NCBI GenBank assembly: GCA_965237415.1
Contig: CBDEFM010000002.1
Location: forward strand, 1,728,001 to 1,792,000
Direction of reading: 5' to 3'
Origin: Alphaproteobacteria bacterium
GTDB lineage: Bacteria; Pseudomonadota; Alphaproteobacteria; UBA828
Length of the DNA: 64,000 nt
Below the pieces are notes generated by a model. That model was not told the origin of the DNA, searched no databases, and worked only from the letters and a program-made list of their open reading frames with translations. The position numbers and the translations under genes were made by a program. Shown piece after piece: positions 1-11,393 of the stretch (position 1 is the stretch's first letter; each line of letters starts with the position of its first letter).

Positions 1-13
1 GGGAGATTGGCTG

Positions 14-970
14 ATGAGCGGATCGGACAGGGCGGTCAGCGTGCGCACCATTCACGCCGGCCATCAGCACATGACCTGGGACAATGCCCGCGAGCCGGCG
101 GCGACCGTTGCGCCGGGGGAGACCGTTGCGTTCGCGGAGGTCGACGCAGTGTGCGGCCAGATCGCGCCCGATTCCGGCGTGGAGGCGATCGCCAATCTCG
201 ACTTCGACCGGGTCAACCCCATCGCCGGGCCGATCTACGTCGACGGTGCAGAGCCCGGCGACACCATCAAGGCGACCCTGGTCGACCTCACGCCGTCGGG
301 CTGGGCATGGACCGCTATCGTCCCGGGCTTCGGCCTGCTGGCGGAGGATTTTCCGGAGCCTTCGCTCCACATCTGGTCCTACGACACGAGCTTCCGCACG
401 CCTGCGGCCTATTCCAGCATCGCACGCGTGCCGCTCAAACCCTTCTGCGGCACGATCGGCCTCGCCCGCGCGGAACCCGGTGGATTCAGCACCGTCCCGC
501 CCTATGAGAGCGGCGGCAACATGGACATCCGCGACCTCACCATCGGCGTCGATCTCTATCTGCCGGTGCAGGTTCCGGGCGGGCTCTTCTCCATCGGCGA
601 CCCGCATTGCGCCCAGGGCGATGGCGAGGTCTGCGGCACGGCGATCGAATCGCCGATGGCGCCGGCGGTCCGGCTCGACCTGATCAAGGGGGAGGGGTTG
701 CGCTTCCCGCGCTTCGAGACGCCGGGCCCGGTCTCGCGCCATCTCGATGCCAGGGGCTACGAGGTCACCACGGGGATCGGCCCGGACCTGATGGAGGCAG
801 CGCAGAACGCGGTGCGCGGCATGATCGACCGGCTCGGCGCCTCGCGCGGAATGGCGGCAGCCGACGCCTACATGCTGTGCAGCGTCTGCGCCGATCTGCG
901 CATCAGCGAGATCGTCGACCGGCCCAACTGGGTCGTCTCCTGCTACCTGCCGCGCATCGTGTTCGAGTAA
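14..970 (+). CDS. Acetamidase/formamidase family protein
   Basis: 318-aa ORF with family motifs NPIAGPIYVDGAEPGD, GGNMD, GDPHCAQGDGEVCGTAIE; GGGAG upstream. Confidence 0.9.
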   Translation: MSGSDRAVSVRTIHAGHQHMTWDNAREPAATVAPGETVAFAEVDAVCGQIAPDSGVEAIANLDFDRVNPIAGPIYVDGAEPGDTIKATLVDLTPSGWAWTAIVPGFGLLAEDFPEPSLHIWSYDTSFRTPAAYSSIARVPLKPFCGTIGLARAEPGGFSTVPPYESGGNMDIRDLTIGVDLYLPVQVPGGLFSIGDPHCAQGDGEVCGTAIESPMAPAVRLDLIKGEGLRFPRFETPGPVSRHLDARGYEVTTGIGPDLMEAAQNAVRGMIDRLGASRGMAAADAYMLCSVCADLRISEIVDRPNWVVSCYLPRIVFE

Positions 971-980
971 GCCGAAGCTA

Positions 981-1412
<432 letters not shown>

Positions 1413-1573
1413 TTAGATCCTCTGCCCACACATAGGCGCAGTCTGGCCGTTTTCGGTCGCAATTCCGATAGTGCAGCGAACGCCGCGCGCCCACCCTTTC
1501 CCGAAGGGTGCGGCCGCGGGCAAACAACGATAGATTCCCAGCCATGGCAGCAGGTTCAGACGGCGGCGAAACC

Positions 1574-3109
1574 ATGACGAAGCGAGGCGGTCGCCGGGGC
1601 GGCGGGCGGGCGGCACGGCACGCGGAGCGGGTCGGCGGCAAGATCGAGCTTCTGCGTTACATCACACGCAACATTCCCTCGGTCGACCTCCTCAGCGATG
1701 AGGGGCTGGCGCTGATCGAGGAGAACGCGGAAACGATCCTCGAGGAGATCGGGATCGACTTCCGCGAGGATGCGGAGGCGCTCGAGCTCTTCAAGGATGC
1801 CGGCGCCGATATCGACGGTGAGCGGGTGCGCTTCCCGCGCGGGCTCGCGCGTCACCTGGTGTCGACCGCGCCTGCTTCCTTCACGCAGCTCGCACGCAAT
1901 CCCGAGCGATCGGTCGAGATGGGCGGCCGCAATCTCGTCTTCGCGCCGGTCTATGGCCCGCCCTTCATCTACGACATCGAGAAGGGGCGCCGCTACGCCC
2001 AGCTCGAAGACTTCGAGAACATCGTCAAGCTCGCCTACATGACGCCCTCGATGCACCACTCCGGCGGCACGGTGTGCGAGCCGGTCGACGTTCCGGTCAA
2101 CAAGCGCCATCTCGACATGGTCTACGCGCACATGCGCTATTCCGACAAGCCGTTCATGGGGTCGGTCACGCACCCCGAGCGCGCGGCGGATTCGGTCGAG
2201 ATGGCGAAGATCCTCTTCGGCGCAGACGTCGTCGATACCCAGACCGTGATGGTCAGCCTGATCAACGCCAACTCGCCGATGACCTTCGATGCCACCATGC
2301 TGGGTGCGCTCAAGGTCTATGCCCGTGCCAACCAGGGCAACCTCGTCACGCCGTTCATCCTGGCGGGCGCGATGGCGCCGGTCTCCCTTGCCGGCACGAT
2401 GGCGCAAACGCTGGCGGAGGCCCTGGCGGGCATGGCGCTCGTCCAGCTCTGCCGGCCGGGGGCGCCGGTCATCTTCGGCAGCTTCCTCAGCTCGATGTCG
2501 ATGCAGACCGGCGCACCGACCTTCGGCACGCCCGAGGCCACGCTCGCCATCTTCGGCCTCGCGGCGCTGGCCCGCCGGCTCGGCGTCCCGTTTCGCAGCG
2601 GCGGCTCGCTCACCGCATCGAAGTTGCCCGACGCGCAAGCGGCTTATGAAAGCGCCCAGACGCTATTGCCGACCGTACTGGCGGGCGCCAACTTCGTTCT
2701 CCATGGCGCCGGCTGGCTCGAAGGCGGACTGGCCAGCGGCTACGAGAAGTTCATCCTCGATGCGGACCAGATGGGCATGATGCAGGTCCTGGCGCGCGGC
2801 TACGACCTGTCCGCCAACGGCCAGGCGATGGACGCGATCAGAGAGGTCGGCCCGGGCAGCCACTATCTCGGCTGCAGCCATACGCAGGCGAATTTCGAGA
2901 CCGCCTTCTACCGCTCCGCTGTCGCCGACAATTCGAGCTACGAGCAGTGGCAGGCCGACGGCTCCAAGGATGCGACCGCGCGGGCACACGATATCTACAA
3001 GTCGATGCTGGCCAGCTACGAGGCGCCGCCCATCGACCCTGGGGTGGATGAGGCGCTCAAGGAGTTCATCGCCAAGAAGAAAGCGTCGATGCCCGACGCC
3101 TTCGCCTAG
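1574..3109 (+). CDS. mttB: Trimethylamine methyltransferase (MttB) family protein, non-pyrrolysine type
   Basis: Typical N-terminus (RRGGGRAAR), CEPVDVPVNKRHLD, GAPTFGTPE, GWLEGGL; no in-frame TAG. Confidence 0.88.
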   Translation: MTKRGGRRGGGRAARHAERVGGKIELLRYITRNIPSVDLLSDEGLALIEENAETILEEIGIDFREDAEALELFKDAGADIDGERVRFPRGLARHLVSTAPASFTQLARNPERSVEMGGRNLVFAPVYGPPFIYDIEKGRRYAQLEDFENIVKLAYMTPSMHHSGGTVCEPVDVPVNKRHLDMVYAHMRYSDKPFMGSVTHPERAADSVEMAKILFGADVVDTQTVMVSLINANSPMTFDATMLGALKVYARANQGNLVTPFILAGAMAPVSLAGTMAQTLAEALAGMALVQLCRPGAPVIFGSFLSSMSMQTGAPTFGTPEATLAIFGLAALARRLGVPFRSGGSLTASKLPDAQAAYESAQTLLPTVLAGANFVLHGAGWLEGGLASGYEKFILDADQMGMMQVLARGYDLSANGQAMDAIREVGPGSHYLGCSHTQANFETAFYRSAVADNSSYEQWQADGSKDATARAHDIYKSMLASYEAPPIDPGVDEALKEFIAKKKASMPDAFA

Positions 3110-3127
3110 TACGGTCCGGCCGGGCCC

Positions 3128-3498
3128 CCGGACCATGGTGCGGTGCAGGATGCGGGGCTTCTGCGCCAGGATCGCGCCATGCGTCGATTATTTTCCCGCG
3201 CGCGTATCCGCGCATCTTGCTCCCGCGCACGTAGCCGATCAGTTTGCCGCGCGCGTATCCGCGCGACGCAGTGCACGAACGAGCGAGCCGAGCCGGGCGC
3301 GATAGTCCGCAATTCTCACCAGGGTCGCGCCCCGCGCCTGGGGGGCGCGTCCCTTGATTCCGCGCGCACGACCCTGCGGGCGTGCGCGACATCCCACTCA
3401 TCCCACTTAATCCCGCTTAATCCCGGACAAGAATTTGTGTCTCGCCCGACGTGGAGGGGCAGAACCGGGCCGCGACCGTGGCGGGGGGATCGGCGTCA
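3128..3498 (+). repeat. Dispersed cassette copy A (internally deleted): dyad promoter, short ORF remnant, AATCCC array, conserved tail
   Basis: CCGGACCATGGTGCGG 3128-3143; ATG 3179 region closely resembles the reverse complement of about 35430-35540; ATCCCACTC-ATCCCACTTA-ATCCCGCTTA-ATCCCGG 3391-3426; tail alignable to copies B and D. Confidence 0.85.
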
Positions 3499-5502
3499 GG
3501 ACTGACGGCGGCGGCGATTGCGGCGGCGGGCAGCCGATGGCGCTGCCGTCTCTGCATCGGGCAGCGTGACGTGCTGCGGCAGATGGACGTACGCCGCCGT
3601 GCCGTGGGGAATCGCCATGGCATCGACGAAGTGACGCTGGAACGCGGGCTCGACGGCGGTCTCTACTTTCTCGATGGCACGCACCACGGTCTCGATCTCG
3701 TCGCGGGCCGCGCAATCGAGCAGGGCGATCAGCGCGCCCGTGCCCGCGGCGTTGCCCGCAGCAGACACCTTGTCGAGCGGGCAATCCGGGATCATGCCGA
3801 GGACCATGGCGTAGAGCGGGTCGATATGGCTGCCGAAGGCGCCGGTCAGCACGATCCGGTCGACCGTCGCGATCTCGAAGCGGTCCATGAGCAGCCTGGC
3901 GCCGGCCATGAGCGCCGCCTTGGCGAGCTGGATGGCGCGCACGTCGTTCTGATGGACGGAGATCGCAGGCTCGCCGGGGTAGAGCAGATAGCGGAAGGTC
4001 CGCCCCTCCTCCACGATACGCGCGGTGCGTGCCTGGGCACTGCCGGCGATCGTTCCGTCGGCGAGCAGGATGCCGGCGAGGTACATCTCGGCCAGCGCCT
4101 CGATGATCCCCGAGCCGCAGATGCCGGTGACGCCGGTGGCGGCGGTGGCCGCGGCGAACCCCTCCTCGTCGGACCAGAGGTCGCAACCTATCACCCTGAC
4201 CCTGGCCTCCAGCGTGTCCCGGTCGATACGCACCCGCTCGATCGCGCCGGGTGCCGCGCGCTGGCCGGCTTCGATCTGCGCGCCCTCGAAGGCCGGGCCG
4301 GTGGGCGACGACGCGGCCAGCAGCCGCTCCCTGTTGCCGAGCACGATCTCGGCATTGGTGCCGACATCGACGATCAACACCGTCTCCTCGGCCCGGTGCG
4401 GGGCTTCGGACAGAACGACGCCCGCCGCGTCGGCCCCCACGTGGCCGGCGACGCAGGGCAGCACGTAGACCCGCGCGCCGGCGTTGATATCGAGGTCGAT
4501 GTCGCCAGCCCTCAGCGTCAGCCCGTCCGACCGCGCGAGCGCGAAGGGGGCACCGCCCAGCTCGGTCGGGTCGATGCCGAGCAACAGGTGGTGCATGATC
4601 GGATTGCCGACGAAGGTCGCGTTCAGGATGTCGCCCCGCTCTGCGCCCGCCTCGTCCGCGACCTCGCCGATCAGCGCGTTTATCGCGCCACGCACGGCCT
4701 CGGTGAGCTCGGCCTCGCCGCCGGGGTTCATCATCACGTAGGAGACGCGGCTCATGAGGTCCTCGCCAAAGCGGATCTGAGGATTCATGCGCCCGGCGGA
4801 GGCCACGACCTCACCGCTCGAAAGCTCCGCCAGGTGGCAGGCGATGGTGGTCGAGCCGATGTCGAAGGCGGCGCCGAAGGCCCGGTCGCGGAAGCCGGGC
4901 CAGACGGCGACGATGCGCGTAGCCCCATGGACGGCGACCGTTACCGACCACTCGCCATCGCGAAGCGCGCGCTGGAGGCCTTGCAGGACGTGCAGGTCGC
5001 AGGCGAGATCGCTGAGCTCCCATTGGTCGCTGAGCGCATCGGCGAGGCGCTCGAAGTCGCCGCGCGGATTGTGCATGTCGGGCTCGGCGACCTCGACATA
5101 GTGCAGTCGGACGGCGGGATCGATGGTGAAGTCGCGCGCTTCGGCCCGCTTGCGCACGACCTGCTTGTGGACCTGGCTCTCGGGCGGCACGTCGATGACG
5201 AGGTCGCCCTGGATGAGCGCCGAGCAGCCCAGCCGGCGGCCCTCGGCGAGGGTGCGGCGGGAGGCATAGCGCGCCTCCTTCTCACCTGGCGGGCTCAGAT
5301 GGTCTGGCGCGCTCTCGATCCCGAACTTGGCGAAGTGGCCCGTGCCCGCCTCGACCTGACAGCGGCCGCAGAGGCCCCGGCCCCCGCACACCGAATCGAG
5401 ATCGACGCCGATGGAGCGGGCGGCATCGAGAACCGACGTGCCAATCGCGAACCGCCCGCGCTTGCCGGACGGGGTGAAGACGACGAACGCGGGTTCGGTC
5501 AT
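3496..5502 (-). CDS. ASKHA-domain reductive activator of corrinoid proteins (RACE/RamA-like) with N-terminal 2Fe-2S ferredoxin
   Basis: CGGRGLCGRC 2Fe-2S motif, DIGSTT, DVGTNAE, GPAFEG, GICGSG, GAFGS, GNAAG. Confidence 0.9.
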   Translation of the reverse strand: MTEPAFVVFTPSGKRGRFAIGTSVLDAARSIGVDLDSVCGGRGLCGRCQVEAGTGHFAKFGIESAPDHLSPPGEKEARYASRRTLAEGRRLGCSALIQGDLVIDVPPESQVHKQVVRKRAEARDFTIDPAVRLHYVEVAEPDMHNPRGDFERLADALSDQWELSDLACDLHVLQGLQRALRDGEWSVTVAVHGATRIVAVWPGFRDRAFGAAFDIGSTTIACHLAELSSGEVVASAGRMNPQIRFGEDLMSRVSYVMMNPGGEAELTEAVRGAINALIGEVADEAGAERGDILNATFVGNPIMHHLLLGIDPTELGGAPFALARSDGLTLRAGDIDLDINAGARVYVLPCVAGHVGADAAGVVLSEAPHRAEETVLIVDVGTNAEIVLGNRERLLAASSPTGPAFEGAQIEAGQRAAPGAIERVRIDRDTLEARVRVIGCDLWSDEEGFAAATAATGVTGICGSGIIEALAEMYLAGILLADGTIAGSAQARTARIVEEGRTFRYLLYPGEPAISVHQNDVRAIQLAKAALMAGARLLMDRFEIATVDRIVLTGAFGSHIDPLYAMVLGMIPDCPLDKVSAAGNAAGTGALIALLDCAARDEIETVVRAIEKVETAVEPAFQRHFVDAMAIPHGTAAYVHLPQHVTLPDAETAAPSAARRRNRRRRQS

Positions 5503-5506
5503 GCCG

Positions 5507-6430
5507 TCACGCGCTGACGGCGGCGCCCTCCCGCCGGCGCCGGCGCCCCTCGCGCCGGCCGCGCCTGCCCTCGCCGCCCTCGCCCACCGGCTCGCGGAAG
5601 CGGGTGAGCCAGCGCGCGCAGTCGGGATCGTTGCCGTTCATCATGTCGGCGGCCATGACGGCGGCGATCTCCGCCTCGTGCAGCGGGTTCATGATGGCGG
5701 ATGTCAGACCCGAGCGCGCCGCCATACTGAGGAACGCCGCGTTCACGCTCGGCCGGTTGGGCAGCCCGAAGCCAACGTTCGACGCGCCGCAGGTCGAGTT
5801 CACGCCGAGCTCCTCCTTGAGCCGGCGCATGATGGCGAAGGCCTGCACGCCCGCCGTGTTGATCGCACCGATCGGCATGACCAGCGGATCGACCACCACG
5901 TCCTCCTTGGGGATGCCGTGGTCCATGGCGCGTTCGACGATCTTCCTGGCGATCCCGAAGCGGACGTCCGGGTCTTCCGAGATGCCGGTCTCGTCATTGG
6001 AGATGGCGACGACGGCGCAGCCGTACTTCTTCACCAGCGGCAGCACGGATTCCAGCCGTTCCTCCTCGGCGGTGACCGAGTTGAGCAGCGGCTTGCCTTG
6101 ATAGACCGCGAGCCCGGCCTCGAGGGCCGCCACGATCGAGCTGTCGATGGAGAGCGGCAGGTCCACCAGCGACTGCACGAGCTGGATGCAATCGGCGAGG
6201 ATTTTGGGCTCGTCGGCGAGCGGCACGCCCGCGTTGACATCGAGCATGTGCGCGCCGGCCGCGACCTGTGCCAGCGTGTCCCTTTCCACCCGCGAATAGT
6301 CGCCCGCCGCCATCTCGGCCATCAGCAGCTTGCGGCCGGTGGGATTGATCCGCTCCCCGATGATGCAGAAGGGCTCGTCGAAGCCGATCACCACCTCCTT
6401 CGTGGCGGAACTGACGACGGTGCGGGTCAT
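5507..6430 (-). CDS. Methyltetrahydrofolate:corrinoid methyltransferase (pterin-binding domain)
   Basis: IIGERINPTGRK, LDVNAG, LSIDSS, GASNVGFGLP motifs; start overlaps upstream stop. Confidence 0.88.
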   Translation of the reverse strand: MTRTVVSSATKEVVIGFDEPFCIIGERINPTGRKLLMAEMAAGDYSRVERDTLAQVAAGAHMLDVNAGVPLADEPKILADCIQLVQSLVDLPLSIDSSIVAALEAGLAVYQGKPLLNSVTAEEERLESVLPLVKKYGCAVVAISNDETGISEDPDVRFGIARKIVERAMDHGIPKEDVVVDPLVMPIGAINTAGVQAFAIMRRLKEELGVNSTCGASNVGFGLPNRPSVNAAFLSMAARSGLTSAIMNPLHEAEIAAVMAADMMNGNDPDCARWLTRFREPVGEGGEGRRGRREGRRRRREGAAVSA

Positions 6431-7113
6431 GGCGCCTCTCGGTTCTCGCCGGCGGCGGCGGCGGCCTCGATGAAGTCCGCCAGCTCGCCATAGCCGACAT
6501 GACGATGGACATAGTTGAGCCCCAACCGTTCGGCCGCCACGCGGGCCTTGGCTTCGAGCGCCGCGTCGCGGACCTGGGAGATGTAGACGACGTTCGTGTA
6601 GTTGCCGAAATAGTCGTCCCGCAGCTCGGGCCAGCGGTCGAGGCCTAAGCCCTCGATGATCAGCCGGTCGAAGTGGCGCACCATGTAGTCGGTCAGGAAG
6701 AACTGGGTCGGGTCGTCGTCGGTGATGGCGGCGAACGCGTCCTGCCCGGTGTAGAAGGCGTAGCAGTGCGGCCCCTCGATGCGCTCCACACCCTCTTCCT
6801 CGATCACCTTGTCGAGCAGGCCGCCGGTGCCGCAATCGCCGTAGGCCACGAAGATGGCGCGATAGTCGCCCTTATTGGCCTGGATCTTCGCGCGCACCGC
6901 CTCCGGGATCAGGTGCGGCCGGTTATGCAGCTTGGCGGGCAGGCAGGTGATGTCGATGTGTTCGAAGCCATTGGCCGCGCGGAAGTCGACGATCTCGCGC
7001 GCCAAGGCCCCGCAGGCGATGACGAGGGCACGGGCCGGGCCGGCACTCGCGAATGCGGCCTCGTCGTCGACCGAGAGGTCGGCGTGCTCGGGCGGCGCCA
7101 TCCGGGCTGTCAT
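6427..7113 (-). CDS. DUF1638 domain protein (corrinoid methyltransferase-associated)
   Basis: IACGAL, LHNRP, YGDCGTGG, GPHCY, YFGNY motifs and gene context. Confidence 0.8.
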   Translation of the reverse strand: MTARMAPPEHADLSVDDEAAFASAGPARALVIACGALAREIVDFRAANGFEHIDITCLPAKLHNRPHLIPEAVRAKIQANKGDYRAIFVAYGDCGTGGLLDKVIEEEGVERIEGPHCYAFYTGQDAFAAITDDDPTQFFLTDYMVRHFDRLIIEGLGLDRWPELRDDYFGNYTNVVYISQVRDAALEAKARVAAERLGLNYVHRHVGYGELADFIEAAAAAGENREAP

Positions 7114-7122
7114 AGGCAGGGC

Positions 7123-7833
<711 letters not shown>

Positions 7834-8071
7834 CGGTCCCCGTCCTGTCCCGCTCGTGCCTGCGCTGGATACCGAGAGAAGCGTGCGCTCGCCCCCGGCA
7901 CAGCCCGTCTTCCTGGGTCTCGGCTCAACGCCCGAACCCACTTGTCTATTCAATTACAGGCGCGTCTCAAGACTGTTCCAGACTCGACGCCGGCTTGCCG
8001 GTTCACGACAAAGCGTCCGCTGTCGCCAGGCACGGCTGTCGGTCGCGCTTCGTCGCGGGTGGGAAGACGCG

Positions 8072-9085
8072 CTATGCGGGCCCGGATGCCGGCAACGCGT
8101 CGTCGATCGCCCAGGAGGGCGCCGCCATGGCGGTCAAGCGCTTCGTCTCCCGCGGCGCGTGGCCGAAGTGCAGACGATAGGACTTGGAGAAATGCGACGC
8201 GGACACGAACCCGGTCGCCAGCGCCACATTCGTCACCGACATGCAGGTCTGCTGCAGCAGAGCGCGCGCCCTGTTCAGCCGCATCTCCAGGTAATAGCGG
8301 CTCGGCGTGCAGTGCAGGTATTTCAGGAACAATCGCTCGAGCTGCCGGGTCGACAGTCCGATCTCGCTGGCCAATTCGGTCTGACTGAGCGGAGCCTCGA
8401 TATTCTCCGACATGACGCTAATCGTGGAGAGAAGTTTGGGCTGGCTGACCGCAAGACGAAGGCGCAGCGCCATTCTCTGATGGTCCTCTTCGCCCCTGAT
8501 GCGCTCGCAAACCAATGCTTCGGAAACGGACGCGGCGAGCTCGTAACCGTGATGGCGATTGATGAAGCTGAGCATCATGTCCGACGCCGCCATGCCGCCC
8601 GCGCAGGTGTATCGGTTGCGGTCGATGACGAATATGTCCTCTCTCACCTCGATGTCGGGAAAATCCTCGATGAAACCCGGCAAGTTCTCCCAGTGAATCG
8701 TGCAGCGATAACCGTCGAGCAGCCCGAGGCGCGCCAGAATGTGGCTGCCGGTGCAGAGAGAACCGATGTTGGTTCCGCGGCGCTCGATCTGTCGCAGCCA
8801 GCTTGCGAGCCGCTTGTCCTCGAAGAGGTGGGTCTCAATGCCGCCGCATACGAAGACAGTCGAGAGCCGGTCGATCGACGCGATCGACATATCGGCGGTG
8901 ACGCTCACTCCAGCCGATGAGGCCACCGCCTCTCCGTCCATGGAGACGGTACGCCATTCATAGAGTGTCTGACCGCTCATGTAATTCGCGAGCCGGAGCG
9001 GCTCGATCGCACTCGAGAACGCCCCGAGCGAGAATTTCGGGACCATCAGGAATCCGAATTGGCGTCCCGGGTCGGTGGTTCGCAT
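8072..9085 (-). CDS. GlxA/GbdR-family AraC regulator (DJ-1/PfpI plus HTH)
   Basis: AIEPLRLAN, SLCTGS, TIHWEN, C-terminal RQLERLF...GFVSASHFSKSYR. Confidence 0.9.
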   Translation of the reverse strand: MRTTDPGRQFGFLMVPKFSLGAFSSAIEPLRLANYMSGQTLYEWRTVSMDGEAVASSAGVSVTADMSIASIDRLSTVFVCGGIETHLFEDKRLASWLRQIERRGTNIGSLCTGSHILARLGLLDGYRCTIHWENLPGFIEDFPDIEVREDIFVIDRNRYTCAGGMAASDMMLSFINRHHGYELAASVSEALVCERIRGEEDHQRMALRLRLAVSQPKLLSTISVMSENIEAPLSQTELASEIGLSTRQLERLFLKYLHCTPSRYYLEMRLNRARALLQQTCMSVTNVALATGFVSASHFSKSYRLHFGHAPRETKRLTAMAAPSWAIDDALPASGPA

Positions 9086-9316
9086 CGCATCGCCGCCGGT
9101 CAGGCGTCTCCCTGCAACGTCGAGCTCGGCGCAAACGCTATTCTCACATGCCGTCGCCCATTCTCTCCGCCGTGGACAACAAGACTACGACAAGTGAAGT
9201 CCGACCCCCAAGTCCGATCGGCCCGGACGCCAGTCGATCGACTCAGCCCCGGCCGTGGTCGCCAAGGGGCCGTTCTTGGCACCCGACTTCGTGGCCAGCC
9301 AGCTCGGACCCTGCTC

Positions 9317-10444
9317 TCATCGGCGCAGGCGGCCGGGGCCGAGGCGCTCTGCGGTGATACCGTGCGCGGCGACCGCCTCGGGCAGTGGCTCGCCGGTGAC
9401 GAGCGCTGCGGTGACCGCGCCAAGCGCCGGCGCGGTCATGATGCCGGCGCCCCCCTGGCCCGCCAGCCAGAAGAAGCCCTCGGCCGCGATGTCGAAGCCC
9501 GCCACCGGCTGCCGGTCGCGCACGAAGCTCCTGAGACCCGCCCACTTGTTGCGTATGTGGCGGATGTCGAGGGTCGTCGCCTGCATGATGCGGTCGGCGC
9601 CGATGGCGATGTCGAGCTCCTCGGGATAGACGTCGCAGGGTTCCGACGGGGTTTCGTCGGCGGGCGAGCCCAGAATCCGGCCGGCATCGGGCTTGAGGTA
9701 GAAGGCATCGTCGATGTCGTGCACCATCGGCCAGTCGTCGACGCCGCCGTCCGCCGGCCCGTCGAAGATGAACGCGGTCCGGCGTTTCGGTTCAAGACCG
9801 ATGGGCGCGAGGCCCGCAAGTGCAGCCACGGCGTCGCACCAGGCGCCGGCGGCGTTGACCACGACCGGCGCGCAGTAGGCGCCGGCCGGCGTCTCCGCGT
9901 GCCAGAGTCCGCGTGCACGCGCGAGCGCCGTCACCCCCGCCTCCGTCATCAACGTCCCGCCGCGCGCGCGCAGGCCCCGCAGAAAACCTTGATGCAGGGC
10001 AGCGACGTCGATCTCCTCCGCCTCCGGCTCCAGAACCGCGCCGGCGACATAGTCCTCACGCAACGGTACGGGCTGCTCCAGAGCCTGGCTGGCGTCGAGG
10101 CGCGCCAGAGTCGGCACACGTTGCCGGTTCTCCTCGTAGAAGCGATCGAGCATGTCGATCTGATCGGCGTGGCCGACATACAGTACCTGGCGCGGGCTGA
10201 GCAGCGGCGAGGCCGCGAAGCCGGACGGCGGGTCGGTGAGGAATGAGCGGCCCGTCACGGCCAGCCCCTTCGTCAGCGGGCCGCCATAGGTTTCCATGTA
10301 CATGGCGGCGGAGCGCCCGGTCGAGTGGTAGCCCGGCACGTCCTCCTGCTCGAGCACGACGACGCGCCCCCGCTCCGCAAGCCAGAATGCCGCCGAGGCG
10401 CCCGCCATGCCGGCGCCGACGACCAGGAAGTCGCAGCGTTCCAT
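9317..10444 (-). CDS. FAD-dependent oxidoreductase (D-amino acid oxidase/D-arginine dehydrogenase-like)
   Basis: VVGAGMAGAS, GYHSTGRSAA, NAAGAW, WAGLRSF, GQGGAGI; TAGAAT ends 7 nt before the ATG, suggesting a leaderless start. Confidence 0.85.
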   Translation of the reverse strand: MERCDFLVVGAGMAGASAAFWLAERGRVVVLEQEDVPGYHSTGRSAAMYMETYGGPLTKGLAVTGRSFLTDPPSGFAASPLLSPRQVLYVGHADQIDMLDRFYEENRQRVPTLARLDASQALEQPVPLREDYVAGAVLEPEAEEIDVAALHQGFLRGLRARGGTLMTEAGVTALARARGLWHAETPAGAYCAPVVVNAAGAWCDAVAALAGLAPIGLEPKRRTAFIFDGPADGGVDDWPMVHDIDDAFYLKPDAGRILGSPADETPSEPCDVYPEELDIAIGADRIMQATTLDIRHIRNKWAGLRSFVRDRQPVAGFDIAAEGFFWLAGQGGAGIMTAPALGAVTAALVTGEPLPEAVAAHGITAERLGPGRLRR

Positions 10445-10577
10445 CGCGCGCATTCTATGCGGCGCGCCCCCCGGCCGAAACGGCGCGGCTCCGCGTTTGC
10501 GGGTACGCCACCGCCGCTCTCGGCAAGCCGCGCCTGGGCCGCTAGTCTGGCGCCACCGAAGAGAGCGGGAGCGGACC

Positions 10578-11393
10578 ATGGAAATTTTGTGCGAGGGCCG
10601 GCGCGCGGTGGTCACCGCCGGCGGATCGGGGATTGGGCGTGTCATCGCGGAGACGCTGGCGGCCAACGGCGCTGCGGTCTTCACCTGCGACGTCCAGCCC
10701 GGACTGGTCGAGGACGTGCGGAGTGCTGCGATCGGCGCGACCCTGGCCGATGTCGCCGATCCCGCCCAGGTTGACTTGCTGTTCGAGGCCGCGGTGGAGG
10801 CCATGGGCGGCGTCGACATCCTCATCAACAACGCCGGGATCGCCGGACCCACCGCGCATGTGGAGGCGATCGAGCCCGCCGACTGGGACCGCACGATTGC
10901 GGTAAACATCTCCGGCCAGTTCTACTGCGCCCGCCGCGCGGTGCCCCTGATGCGCGCGGCCGGCCGTGGCGCCATCGTCAACATCTCGTCGACCGCAGGC
11001 CGCATGGGTTTCCCGCTCAGGCTCCCCTATGCGACATCGAAGTTCGCCATCACCGGCCTGACCAAGACGCTGGCGCTGGAGCTCGGCCCTGCCCAGATCA
11101 GCGTCAACGCCATTCTGCCGGGCTACATCCTCAACGAGCGGGGCGCGCGCGTGGTCCGCGCCAAGGCCGAGGCCGCCGGCCGTACGGTGGAGGAGATGCA
11201 GGCGATCATCCTCCGCAACATCGCCATGCGCAGCAGCATCGCGGAACAGGAGATCGCGGACCTCGCGCTCTACCTCTGCTCCGACTCCGGCCGCCACATC
11301 TCGGGCCAGCTCTTGGGCGTCGACGGTGCCTTCGACACCTACATGGGCATGGACAATCTCGACGACCCACCGGCGGTAACAGGCGCCTCGTGA
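10578..11393 (+). CDS. Short-chain dehydrogenase/reductase
   Basis: TAGGSGIG, NNAGI, YATSK (YxxxK). Confidence 0.9.
   Translation: MEILCEGRRAVVTAGGSGIGRVIAETLAANGAAVFTCDVQPGLVEDVRSAAIGATLADVADPAQVDLLFEAAVEAMGGVDILINNAGIAGPTAHVEAIEPADWDRTIAVNISGQFYCARRAVPLMRAAGRGAIVNISSTAGRMGFPLRLPYATSKFAITGLTKTLALELGPAQISVNAILPGYILNERGARVVRAKAEAAGRTVEEMQAIILRNIAMRSSIAEQEIADLALYLCSDSGRHISGQLLGVDGAFDTYMGMDNLDDPPAVTGAS

Noticed and set aside
3391-3426. AATCCC arrays as CRISPR or telomere-like repeats
   Set aside because: Units are about 10 bp and directly tandem, with no spacers and no cas genes. They are internal and only 4-5 units long.
7834-8071. Cobalamin riboswitch upstream of the corrinoid operon
   Set aside because: No B12-box or conserved core recognisable by eye; an Rfam covariance search would be needed to exclude it fully.
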